A DNA stretch of 64,000 nucleotides from Octopus vulgaris (taxonomy: Eukaryota): assembly GCA_951406725.2 (NCBI GenBank), contig OX597820.1, positions 93,062,001 to 93,126,000 of the forward strand. Reading direction: 5' to 3'. The notes under the pieces are model-generated. The model made no database searches. It was not told the origin of the DNA and saw only the letters and a list, made by a program, of their open reading frames with translations. The position numbers and the translations under genes were made by a program. This document shows positions 1 through 11,626 of the stretch, in pieces. The first letter of the stretch is position 1. Every line of letters starts with the position of its first letter.

Positions 1-66
1 AACAAATTTTAAAGAAAACTCACAAGCCAAGAACAAGTGTCCACTCCTTCCAAACACTGATCGAAA

Positions 67-212
67 TTGGTACAACGTGATTACAAAAGACATGACAATG
101 TAGCAAGAATGGTCCATAGGGATCTCTGTGAAAAATCACGGCCTACAAAGAGCAAAGACCTGATACGACCAAACCCCAGAAGGAATTACTGAGAATGAAG
201 ATTGCATGATAC
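67..212 (+). mobile_element. R4/Dong-like (RLE-type) non-LTR retrotransposon fragment, decayed
   Basis: Translates LVQRDYKRHDNVARMVHRDLCEK, then after a frameshift HGLQRAKT*YDQTPEGITENEDCMI. Matches the RHD...W-Y-E-H-x-P-E-G-V-x-E-N-E segment preceding the restriction-like endonuclease of R4/Dong elements. Confidence 0.7.
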
Positions 213-264
213 AATATCAGGCAGTGGCTCTCGCGGTTTCTGATCTCAACTGGTTGGATGTTTT

Positions 265-398
265 CAAATGGTACTTATTTTGATCGACTGCGAGAGGATG
301 AAAGACAAAGTCGGCCTCGGTAGAATTTGAACTTATAACGGGACGATGAAGAAAATGTTTGTCCGTCGTATTAACGGTTCTACCAACTCGCTGCCTTT
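265..398 (-). mobile_element. tRNA-derived SINE, family B, degenerate copy
   Basis: Reverse complement of the family seen intact at 37838-38155 (ggtacttatt..tcgac..gaggatgaaagacaaagtcggcctcgg..aatttgaact). Confidence 0.7.
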
Positions 399-913
399 GT
401 CCAGTGTCATATTAATCGACCATTTGAACGTGGGATATGTAAATAAATCTTATTCTTTAATATATTTAGAAATATAATTGATAACTGTGTAACAGTTGAG
501 ACTCTACTTACTTCAACTTTACTCTGCCATATATGAATACCTATTTCCATAAGATTTGATTGGAAATAGTCTATATTGCTTGTTGTTACTTACTTATATA
601 AATAGCAGTAATTAACTAATTAACAGTGAAGAAATAGACCATTTCTATACAAATAGTAACAGATATTGGCTGCAGCGCTGATAAACAAGTTTTGTTATGA
701 GATTTGATATTGTTTTGTCTTGTTTGGAGTTTGTTTTTGATTTATTTTATTCTGCGGTTTCATTCAACAAACAAAAAAATATTATTGCGAGAATTTTATT
801 TTCGTCAACTTTCATTGTATTAGTTCGTGTATTTATTGAAGCACTTATAATTGTCAGTGATTGAGATATTGTGTTGAGGCGTGTGAATGTAGATGAGTAT
901 GTGTGTGTGTGTA

Positions 914-946
<33 letters not shown>

Positions 947-1093
947 AATTTTTACTAAGAAAATTTGTCAGTGAACAAGAAATTGTAACTCAGTAGTATT
1001 CATCAAGCTGTTGGTTGCTACTAAGCTAAAACATCGAAGTAACTGTACATACATACATACATACATACATACATACATACATACATACATACA

Positions 1094-1700
1094 TGAGGCA
1101 ATTTTTGAAACTTCTACGCCCTAATAAAGAACATACCGCTCTATGTCACGCTGGTGAGACCCATATTGGAGTACGGGATTCAAGCCTCTTCTCCTTATCT
1201 CCTCAAAGACAGACATCATCTCGAAAGAGTCCAGAAGCTGGCTACCTGCATGGTTCTTGGTCTCAATCATTTGTCTTATGAAGAAAGGCTGAAGACGCTC
1301 GACCTTTTTTCTCTCGAAAAACGACGATGCCGTGGTGATCTCATTCTCGCTCACATCATAAGCGGAAAGTGTAACCTATCGAAAGAGCTGTTCTTCACTC
1401 CTGCTCCAGGGTGTGGGCTGCGGGGTCACTCCGAAAAGCTCTATCTACGACGATTTCATCTCAATCGAAAGAGAGGGGCTTTCTCCGTCAGGGTTGTGGA
1501 TCCTAGGAATAAGCTGCCGGACGAGATAGTGAAGATGCCGACGACCGCACGGTTCAAAGTCTCTCTTGACCGGAAATGGCCTGAACTTTTTGTATGACCA
1601 TCCTCCCTGTACATAACTCCCTGCCCCCCTATATGGCCTTGCTTTTGCTTTTTGAGCCAATAAAAATTTTAATAAAATAAAAAATAAAATAAAAATTAAC
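1094..1700 (+). mobile_element. CR1-clade LINE 3' end (RT C-terminus, 3' UTR, A-rich tail), 5'-truncated
   Basis: ORF 1154-1597 RPILEYG...LERVQKLAT...LSYEERLKTLDLFSLEKRRCRGDLI...LRGHSEKL...FSVRVVDPRNKLP is the typical CR1 RT C-terminus. Ends in (AATAA)n-like repeats and begins right after a (TACA)n tract. Confidence 0.9.
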
Positions 1701-1959
1701 GATATTGTTGTTTCGTGCAGACACACTACATGAAAGTAAAGACTTACCAAAGCTAATGTGGTACAGACATTCTTAGCGCAGCATTGTAAGAAGTAACTCA
1801 GTTGTGTTCGCTTCATAAAGAAATATCGAGTTGGGATTTCAAGATTTACCTGTCGGCTTAATCACAATGTATTTCTTTTCCCTCCGTAGCGGGGAATATT
1901 GTCCCTAATTAAAATGAAAATAAAACGATAAGCGAAACTTCAAATATCAGTCACCGGAA

Positions 1960-2731
1960 AACAATTGACGGTGTGGCCTTTTCATTGATAGACAAAAAGC
2001 ACAGTGCTTTTATAATCCCAAAATTTGAGATCATCACCTTCTCTGCTTTGAAATAGGTGAGCAGGGATGTTTCTACTGCATGGATTGTCATTAAGCCTAT
2101 GGCTCAAAGTGATAAAAACAATACTCATCTTGGCTTCAGAAACGTTCAAGGAAACCAGCTGGATCTGCCTCAAACAATATCAGATTTTTTTGTGATGTGA
2201 TCACCCTGGTACGCTTCTGATCAGGTATCAGAAACTTTCGTTGTGCCAAGTTCATTATTCAGAATATTCTCAGCTCTCACAGGTTATTGGCTATTTGATT
2301 TAAAGCCAATCACCTTTCATTCATCGCCATGTCGTGAACACGATCAACGTCTTCTTCGGAGGTGGCAGTTTCAGAACGTCCAGACTTTGAGTTATCTTCA
2401 AGACTGCTTGTTCCTTTCCTAAATTCAGCTGCCTAGTTTTGCAGTTGGTAAAGCTGGTATGTCATCTAAAGTACCAACCATTGTCACCATGAATCACCTT
2501 GGAGGGGAGAAACTCCATTTTTAAATGTGCTTCGTAATATAACGATGCCAAACTTTGTCGATTTCCAAGAGATGTCGCTACTAGTTACTTCTGAAGACTG
2601 AACAGTCGGATGTAAATTTACCTGGAAAAAAACTATACAGTTGTTAATAAAAGAGACTGAAACTTATGCTTGCAAGATTTTACATCTCTCGTATTATTCC
2701 TCGTACCTACGAACTTTTCAACCCATCCTCG
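1960..2731 (-). mobile_element. mariner transposon, 5' TIR plus decayed transposase N-terminal half
   Basis: Minus strand starts TA-cgaggatgggttgaaaagttc (mariner-type TIR). Broken frames give LEDNSKSGRSETATSEEDVDRVH, PDQKRTRVITSQKNLILFEADPAGFLERF, QDE..YHFEP, FWD and KGHTVN. Confidence 0.8.
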
Positions 2732-2741
2732 TATGTACGTG

Positions 2742-2778
<37 letters not shown>

Positions 2779-2780
<2 letters not shown>

Positions 2781-2910
2781 CGTTTTGGGATTTGGTTTGC
2801 AAGATTCTTTATGTGAGTTCGTGTGTTGGAGCTTATTCTGTTGTGTCTGGGGAGAGTCATTCTCTTTTAGGCACTAAAAGAGAATGAACCTCCCCAGACA
2901 CAACCAACAG
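2779..2910 (-). mobile_element. Minimal PLE 3'-terminus with fold-back inverted copy, flanked by (TA)n
   Basis: 31-bp near-perfect inverted repeat 2840-2870/2874-2904. The reverse complement of 2779-2845 is homologous to the PLE terminus at 22203-22268 (caacacacga..tcacataaa.aatcttgca). Confidence 0.7.
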
Positions 2911-2952
<42 letters not shown>

Positions 2953-3879
2953 CATACATACATACATACATACATACATACATACATACATACATACATA
3001 CATACATACATACATACATACATACATACATACATACATACATACATACATGCATATGTGTGTGTACATATGTGTATGTGTATGAGTGTGTGTATACATA
3101 CGTGCTTGTATACTTGTCTGTATATATGTGCTTTTATAACTAAGCTAAGAATATACGGAAGTCTACATTTACAAGTATGTACACACACAATGTATGTATG
3201 TATGTATGTATGTATGTATGTATGTATGTATGTATGTATGTATGTATGTATGTATGTATGCGTGCACGTATGTCTATATAGTCTACTTGTATCTATATAG
3301 TCTAAAATCTACGCATATATTTAATTATTGTTCACAATTTATAGGCTGTGTTAGATTAAAATTTCTGTATTTATATCAGTTTTTATATTTGTCGGTAATT
3401 AAAGTGTCATATATAAATTATGCAGATGTTTATGAATGCTTCAAACATTTATGTGTTCATATATTTTTGAATATCTGTCTGTATGTGTTTATGTTCGTTC
3501 TCCCGTCAATGAAACAACAAATATAATACGCTGACACTGACACGGCCAATCACATGGCCGTGTCATAGTCAGCCCCATTAACTGCTGCTCTGTTGCCATT
3601 TTTATATTTCATCCATTTTGCAATGTTTCGGCCTTCTAACAAGTTTTAATCTCATTTAATGTCACTTACTGTGTGTGCGGTGGGGTTATGTCATTATTCA
3701 GTTTTATTTAAAGATTTCTTGCCAGCAGAGAAAGAGCTGCTTTCTAACCTAGATCCAAGGCTCGTTCATCGGAATTTCAACAGCATCAACAGGGTATTAT
3801 GTATGTATGTGTATGTATGTATGTATGTATGTATGTATGTATGTATGTATGTATGTATGTATGTATGTATGTATGTATA

Positions 3880-4172
3880 CAGGGGTTGGACAAAATAATG
3901 GAAGCACCTAGCATCATAGCACCATAATTTTGAAATATCTATAAAACCATCAAAAGCTTGTATATTTTTATGTTTTCTTATTTATTATTAGTGTTGCTAA
4001 ATACGTTGTTGCTTCTTTTCAGATATCACCAGCAAAAGGTAATTAAAATAAAATTAGAAAAACTGAAGGACCTATGCAGCAAGTGTGTGAATCTATTGAA
4101 AAAAAAACATAATTAACTGATCCCCCTGTATTTCCTTTTACTCAAACCCAAGAACTTTTCAACACTCCCACG
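3880..4172 (+). mobile_element. Tc1/mariner non-autonomous remnant (Tc1-like left end, mariner-like right end)
   Basis: Left end TA-caggggttggacaaaataatggaagcacc (Tc1-like TIR). Right end gaacttttcaacactcccacg-TA resembles the mariner TIR at 2711-2731. Confidence 0.55.
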
Positions 4173-4259
4173 TACGTGTACAGATAGAGAATTTGTTTGT
4201 TTGTTTTTTTTTAGATATTTCAATGATTATAGCTTTCTAACAATGGATGGTTAGCCCTA

Positions 4260-4960
4260 ATGAATTTTGAAGGAACAATCAATTACATTGATTGCAGTAA
4301 TTAACTAGAACTTTATCTATCCCGAGGGGTGAGAGGATGAAAGAGAATTGAACTCAGGTTGTAAACAGCATTACCAAACTGTTGTAGTATGTTCCATTCG
4401 AACAATAATTCTGCAAATTCACGTTACTGGTTAATAATTAACTACAGTAATTTATTCTGATTTAGGTACAAAGTCAGTAATTTTAAGGGTAATGTTATTA
4501 GTCGATGCCATACATTTCAGTACTTGACTGGTGCTTTATGTTATTGACTCCCGATAGGATGAAAGCCAAAGCTGACCTTAATAGAATTTGAATTTAGAAC
4601 GTAAAGACGTGAAGTTAATAGTGCAAAGTATTGTGTATGACGCTCAACTGATTTTCCCTCTCTATCTATAATTCTTTCTGTTATAGGCACAAGGCCTGAG
4701 ATTTTTGAGTAGTGGGTTGTCGATTAGATTGGTCCCATGCTCAATTGATAGTAATTTCATCGAACCCGAAAGGATGAAAGGCAAAGCTGACCTCTGTGGA
4801 ATTTGAACTCAGAACGTATAGACGGACAAAATGCCACTAACAATTTTGTCTGGCGTACTAAAAATCTGCCAGCTCGCCGTAATTTTGTCAACTAAAATAA
4901 TCATTTCTAATATAGGGATGAGACATGAAATTTGGGGTAAGCAACAGGATATCAAGTAGT
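4260..4960 (-). mobile_element. Cluster of 3-4 degenerate family-B SINE copies in the same orientation
   Basis: Recurrent ggatgaaag.caaagctgacct...gaatttgaactcagaacgta core near 4335, 4560 and 4770. Confidence 0.7.
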
Positions 4961-6000
4961 AATGCAGTACGACCGTTTCAAGCGACTCCATTTAATTGAA
5001 CAATGCAATCATTACACCAATTTAAATGCAGTGCTATCTTCAGCTGCACAAAATATAGAAGTTTTTAACAATTAATATAATTTTCTTCTTTTTTTTTCTT
5101 AAATATTTTAACAGAGTAAGAAGATGGAAGAAATTCATGTTGTCGCTATTGTAGCAGAGTGGCTAAGAATAGACTGCAATTTCTTAGAATCGCATGGAAC
5201 ATAGTGTGTTCATAAGGTTGTAAGAGTTGTAATTCATTTCTAATTTATTTACCTCTTTATCATCTATTAAATCTCAGACTCGAAGACTATTTTGAATAAA
5301 GAACAAAAGTGAGTTGACAGCTCATGGCTAGGTATGGTCATAAATATTATCATAAGTATCCCTTTTCCCCAAGAGAAAGAAAATAAGACATTAGGAAGAG
5401 CCAATTTGATAGAAGTAACTGTCTATAACAAAGAGGCAGGGTAGGGGTAGACTTTAAACCATGACGTTAATTACTAGTTAAAGGGGCAAGACACTAAGAA
5501 ACTTAAGATGCTAATACAGGAAAAATTTATTAGGGACACGATGAGGGAACGTTTATAAACAATATTATTATGTTGTATAAAATAAAATTTAAGAATTCCA
5601 AAGTGATATCATAACCAAAATAGCTAAAAGGTGTGTGTGTATCAATTATAATCATTAAAAAGAAAGATTATGTAGAATTAGTTTAATAGCAATTCTTGTA
5701 CTTAATAAATTATTAGGTGGTTTCTATAAAGACTGCTCAAGGCACTCACATATGGAATATCTGGAAACTCATGCATACTATCTATTAATTTTAAGACATG
5801 AATAAGAAACGGGATAATGAGATAATGGTAATACATAGACATAATTAAACAAAAGTTATGAAATCTAAAGTATAAAAAATATAAATACTCGAAAAATATG
5901 TCCTGATATAAATATGTGTAAAGTGTAAAATAATGCATACAGATACATATACAAAGAGTTTTTTTAAGTATACATGCATACACACACATATGTGCATATA

Positions 6001-6035
<35 letters not shown>

Positions 6036-6040
<5 letters not shown>

Positions 6041-6573
6041 TCAATATAGGGTGGCAAAAAATTTCGCAGAATTTTCTGCCACCAGCCTAGTGGGAAAAAT
6101 TAAATAGTCATAGACCATTTATAAATTCAACAGCAAAATCAAGGAACGGCCATAATAGGCCATTCACCCACTAGAAATAACAGCCAAGGCTTCAACCGCA
6201 AAACAACATTAATTCCGTAAACCAGGAGAAAATTAAAAAACATTTACCCTGTAATTCTTTATACGATGCATTTCGTCTATTGTTTAATGGTAAACTAACC
6301 TGATTAAATTAAATCAAGCTAGTCTTCCATAGGCCGATAGATTCATCAGTAAAGAACGGCCAGATCGAGCAGATATTTACACGAGGCACTTCCAACACTG
6401 TCTCAGCAATATCTGACCTAAAATTTTCAAATCATCGCACTCGCGCAAATTTATCGGCAGCAAATATAAGCCGCCGATTCCATTACGGAATTAACCAGAA
6501 AATTCATAATTAATCAATAAAGGGTGGCAAAAAATTTGCAGAATGGCCTATTATGGCCGTTCCTTGATTTTTG

Positions 6574-6575
<2 letters not shown>
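6036..6575 (-). mobile_element. ORF-less hammerhead-bearing element (473-nt unit, partial tandem plus inverted end) in (TA)n
   Basis: Direct repeat 6036-6072/6509-6544; inverted repeat 6132-6165/6541-6575; hammerhead motif on the minus strand; TA tracts on both sides. Confidence 0.75.
6255..6356 (-). ncRNA. Type I hammerhead ribozyme motif with 68-nt extended stem II
   Basis: Minus strand: ttcttta CTGATGA atctat...(atggaagactagcttgatt/aatcaggttagtttaccat hairpin)...atagac GAAA tgca TC gtataaagaa. Stem III is palindromic; stem I is offset by a 3-nt bulge. Confidence 0.7.
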
Positions 6576-6625
<50 letters not shown>

Positions 6626-7619
6626 TTATACGCTTATATGAATGTAGTATAAATATCTTGGATAGATCTAAGTAACTGAAAAATACCAATTTAAGAACAA
6701 GGAATAACAATTTATAAGGGATGAGATTATTAATAAGTAAGGATATCAAAATAAGAAAACAAAGTAACAAAAATTTATAGAAAATAATAAGAAATATATA
6801 TATAACCTACATATAAATAGACAGGGGATTAAAATTAGAAGCAGAGTCAAGATAAAGGTAACCCGAAAAGAGGAGGTAACAGGTATGGAAGTAGTGAGGG
6901 CAGTTACAGGTATTCAAACTGAAGAGGTTTTATTATTCGTAATATTACAGGTGTTATTGTATGTATGATTTTATAGTTTCTAGGGGAAATATGATTTAGT
7001 CAAAGGCAGACCTACTTTCATAAAATCACTACCTAATATGACTAGTAGGGTAGAACATCATAGAAAGGAAAATAGCATAATCACCAAGTCAGACTAACTA
7101 GGTAGGGGTTATCATGGGTTAATATTATATATAGCATACCATATAGCACAACACATAGCGTATAACATATGTAATGTAATATAATCCACCATATAACATA
7201 ATATTTTATATTTATATTTTATATTTTATACTGGAGGGTAAGTCTATAACGGATACGACACCAAAACATAATTCACACCATTAAAGTTTAAGTATGATAA
7301 CTATACTTGTTAGTTTCGAAAATACTTAAATGTGCAGGTGATGCTGTGCATGATACCCTTAGGTCTAAACTATTATTTATCAGGTTGTTCTTGTCTCTAT
7401 ACTAAAAAATCTCATAAATTTCCATAGAGCAAAGCTCACACACATATCGACTGTCTCTATAAGGCTACGTAATCCGTATTATATCCCATTCAATGCTAAA
7501 TCTGGTCCCGCTATCTTTATGTTCCCAAATCTTACTAGATAAAGACGTAGTATTAGCATTGTTTGATTCTAAATGATGAAAAATGCTTGTTAATATAGTG
7601 TTTTCATATATTTATCGAA

Positions 7620-7654
<35 letters not shown>

Positions 7655-7659
<5 letters not shown>

Positions 7660-10099
7660 CAACTCATTCGTTGAATTTGGGTTTGGATGGTAATAATAAT
7701 TGTAACACTACTAATGGGAATGGTGTTACAGGATTGGGGACCAATCTTGGATTACCCCAACCTGTTAATAACTGTAATTTCAGAAACAGAAATAAATGTG
7801 TGTTTGGTAATCAATGCCTCAGAAAGTAGGTAGTTTACCAATGCACTGTGGATACACAATTTAGTAGTAGGGTGTATATCGGAGCAACTATGAATAGCAT
7901 GAAACAGAGACTTAATTATCATAGATATACTTTTAGAAATAAAAATAGGATGTACTCTACAGGGTTAAGTGCATACATTTGGGAACTCAAAAGTAAGAAC
8001 TTAGATTTTAGATTAAATTGGAAAATACTAACTTCGGCACCTGTGTATAATGGAAAAAAATAAAAAATGCTCTCTATGTATTAATGAAATTTTTTTCATT
8101 ATCAAAGCGGGTAGGCATATTATTAATAACATAAATGAAAAAAATTTTTTTTTGCATTCACAAACTACCATACACTTTCTCTAGATTCAAATAGAACTCA
8201 GCATTTCTACTAGTAATATTTTAACTCCCTTCTGTATCTAATTATACTAGTGGTCTTCTACAATTCTAAAACATGCAACTTATAAATTTATAATTTTATA
8301 TAATTTTGTAGCTACACATGTATATATAAAAAATATATATGTCCAGTATTAATTGTTTTTTGTATGTGTTTTTTTTGTCTTGTTTTATAAGGGAAATACA
8401 CTACGGCAAGAAATAATATATTCATTTTGGTATTTGCTTTGTAATATGTGATTCTTGAGGTTTTCTAATATTACAGAGTGTGCATGAATATCATAGTTAG
8501 ATACCTGGTTTTAGATACTGTAATACTATTATGTAATATATGAGAGTCTATTTGGGAGTTTGTTTGTTTAGGTTGAGAATTTGGGTTTTTGTAGGTTTTT
8601 ATTTGGCAGGCTTGTATATTGTATATTTGGTGTATGGGTGTATCTTTGTACTCACCTAAATTTGTATCTTATGCTATTTATTAATAAACCTATTCATTTA
8701 CTCACATTTGGCTTTATAAATATTAGCAGTTTTATATTTAGTCTATATTTGTAATCTTCTGGATTTTTACACTATGTTATTCATCTTTTCATTTTTTTAC
8801 TCATTATCTACAGGTATTAATTTACATAATATTAGCCTGTATACTAAGTTTATATAATTACTTTCTTCAATATATATCTTATTTACATATATACTCTTTT
8901 ATGCATATGAGGATATATGCATATTAGCATTACTATATATTAGGTGTACCTGTACCTAGGTATTTATCTGAATTTGTTTTCTATGGTATCTATCTATTCA
9001 TTTAGTCATTTACTTATTTATTTATTTATTTATTTATTTACCTATTTAAGTGTAGATATATACATACATACCAATTATTTATTTTAATAATATATGGATA
9101 CATGTATACTGGTTTGTACTTATATTATGTATGTAATTTTAATTATTTCTTCTTATTTATTTTATCACATTTTTAACTTAAGTATTTACAATTTATTAAC
9201 TTATAATTAATTTAATTTCTGTTATTTACTTATATACAATTGTATTGGTAAGTCCCCCATTGATATTATTTAATACCAAATCTTGTTAATTATTACATTT
9301 GTTATCTATGTGTCCACGGTTGCTTAAAAGTATATTTATATATAAGTACTATGAATGTTTTCACGCGAGCCACATATGAAAATAGACGGTGCGTTTGTGT
9401 ATATCTGCTGCTACACATGAGTATGTATATTTGAGTGTAATTCTATTAGTTCGTAAGTTAGGTTCTTTGATGGATAAATATTAATATTATAATGGCACTG
9501 GATTTATTACGTAGAAAAGATATATATTTATACTATAAAAAATTAATCTATACTTTATAACTTAGCGTACATGCGATTATAGTAAATTACGGTGAAATCA
9601 GTAAACGTTATGTTGACTACAGAAAAAACGGTGTCACATGCTGCGTGTACCCTGCGAAAATAACATTCGATGTCGTGATATATAAATATATGTGTCTTTA
9701 TAACAAATATTTTATGGAAATATGTGAGTGAATCTATTTAGTTAATTTAGTGGCATGGTTATCGTTTTGAGAGGCTGGATGGCTGCATAGCTAGGATTAT
9801 ACCTCTTTTATTATTTATTTATTTATGTGTTTGACGTTGTTTGTGGATATGTATGTGTATGAGTGTACGTGTGTGTGTATACATATAATTATGTATGTAT
9901 GTGCGATTGATCTGTGGATGTGCGTGTGCGTATGTGCGTTTCTTGACTAACTAACCGTAAAATTTCTTTTGTGATTCAAATTTTAAACTATAAGCCAATC
10001 GAATTAATCTAGAATAATCAATATCAAGCAGACAGAATAACCAGACTCATAGATATGTCGATGTCCGATGGATGTACTTGGTACAGACATAATTGTATC

Positions 10100-10130
<31 letters not shown>

Positions 10131-10779
10131 ATTAATAATAATTTTTATTGACTTTTACAGGTTTATAATTTTATGAACTGAACTGTGTTTTTTTATTATT
10201 TTTCATGTATAGGTCTGATTTTAATTTAAATGTGAGTGTGCATATATTTTCATGTGTGTTAGTTTTTAGAACTATTAGCCCAATATGTAGAATAACTGTG
10301 TTTATTAATATATATTGATATATATTTTGTTTTATTTTGTTTTGTTCATTTTGTATTATTGTATTAATGAGTATATATATATGTGTGTGTAGTATTATGG
10401 GTGTCTATGCACACATTTTTATATTTTATATTTTTATATTTATATGTATATAAAAAAAATTTTTTTCACACTTATAATAAATATAATTCTCTAAAGAGGC
10501 CGTGGGGCATCCTTGTTAATGTCTCATTTATACCTGCCTTATATGGCTTATAGGTTAAATGAGGCATGCTTGCCCTTACTGCCGAAACAGCTGTCAGATA
10601 TGATATAATTACATATTATATTTTATATTTTATATTTCTATTTCCTTGTCTAATTATATTTACTGTATATTTTGTATAATGCCTTTACTGTTATGTAATG
10701 GTGTAATAAAGTATTGATTGGGTATCATCTGATGGTTGATGTTTGATTGATTTAAGTATGTTTCTCCATTTTCTAATTT

Positions 10780-10781
<2 letters not shown>
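7655..10781 (+). mobile_element. Penelope-like element 3' part: GIY-YIG endonuclease remnant, long AT-rich 3' region, terminal hammerhead
   Basis: 7770-8190 translates CNFRNRNKCVFGNQCLRK*VVYQCTVDTQFSSRVYIGATMNSMKQRLNYH...WKILTSAPVYN..KCSLCINE. Hammerhead at 10488-10598; (TA)n at both ends. Continuity across the AT-rich middle is inferred. Confidence 0.75.
10488..10598 (+). ncRNA. Hammerhead ribozyme motif (core variant CUAAAGA) with 86-nt stem II domain
   Basis: tct CTAAAGA ggc..ggggca..atgtctcattta..taaatgaggcat..tgccct..gcc GAAA cagctg TC aga. The G5A change is expected to inactivate this copy. Confidence 0.7.
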
Positions 10782-10823
<42 letters not shown>

Positions 10824-10829
10824 ATATAT

Positions 10830-11007
10830 ATATATAAAAGCTTCTGCTACAATTGTACATTTAAAACTATATTTTGGATTAAAAGAACATCGACCTAATA
10901 CCGGACAATGGCATTTAACTCTACAATTGCAACCGGAAACATTGCTACTGTTAATATTATTGATAATCTTATCATTGTTATTATTATTATCATTATTGTT
11001 ATTATTA

Positions 11008-11050
<43 letters not shown>

Positions 11051-11198
11051 TATTACTGTTATTATTTATACTTTCTTCATCTATAGTAAAATTTAAATCC
11101 ATCTCAGCATCATCAGGTATTGCGTCAGTAATCCTTGTCCTAGTATAAACATCTAATATTATACGTACTAAATGTGTTAGTTACTAGCACATCTAATT
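10830..11198 (-). mobile_element. PLE fragment (poly-Asn linker plus Cys motif preceding GIY-YIG)
   Basis: ORF 10773-11102 reads N-run...GCNCRVKCHCPVLGRCSFNPKYSFKCTI, matching the CxCR...CP..G.C motif of Penelope-clade elements. Confidence 0.6.
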
Positions 11199-11203
11199 CA
11201 TAT

Positions 11204-11236
<33 letters not shown>

Positions 11237-11282
11237 CATACATATATACATATATATATACATATATACTTATATATATACG

Positions 11283-11313
<31 letters not shown>

Positions 11314-11352
11314 GTATATATACATACATACATACATACATACATACATACA

Positions 11353-11384
<32 letters not shown>

Positions 11385-11498
11385 CAGTGTAAGCTATGCC
11401 CGTGCAAAGTTTTAAATCATGTGCAGCTTACACAATACCATGAAAACTCTCACTTGCTATACAAAGAATCCCAGAGACAAGCAAAGTGCAAGATATCC

Positions 11499-11545
11499 GG
11501 CCCTGTAGCTCAGTAGAGCACTAGCTTTTACATACGATCGAACCT
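11499..11545 (+). pseudogene. Degenerate tRNA-like fragment (Lys-like 5' half)
   Basis: ggccctgtagctcagtagagcactagcttttaca has an A-box and a CTTTTA anticodon loop; the 3' half is eroded. Confidence 0.3.
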
Positions 11546-11572
11546 TTTATTAGAGAAATGTCTTAACAAAGA

Positions 11573-11623
<51 letters not shown>

Positions 11624-11626
<3 letters not shown>

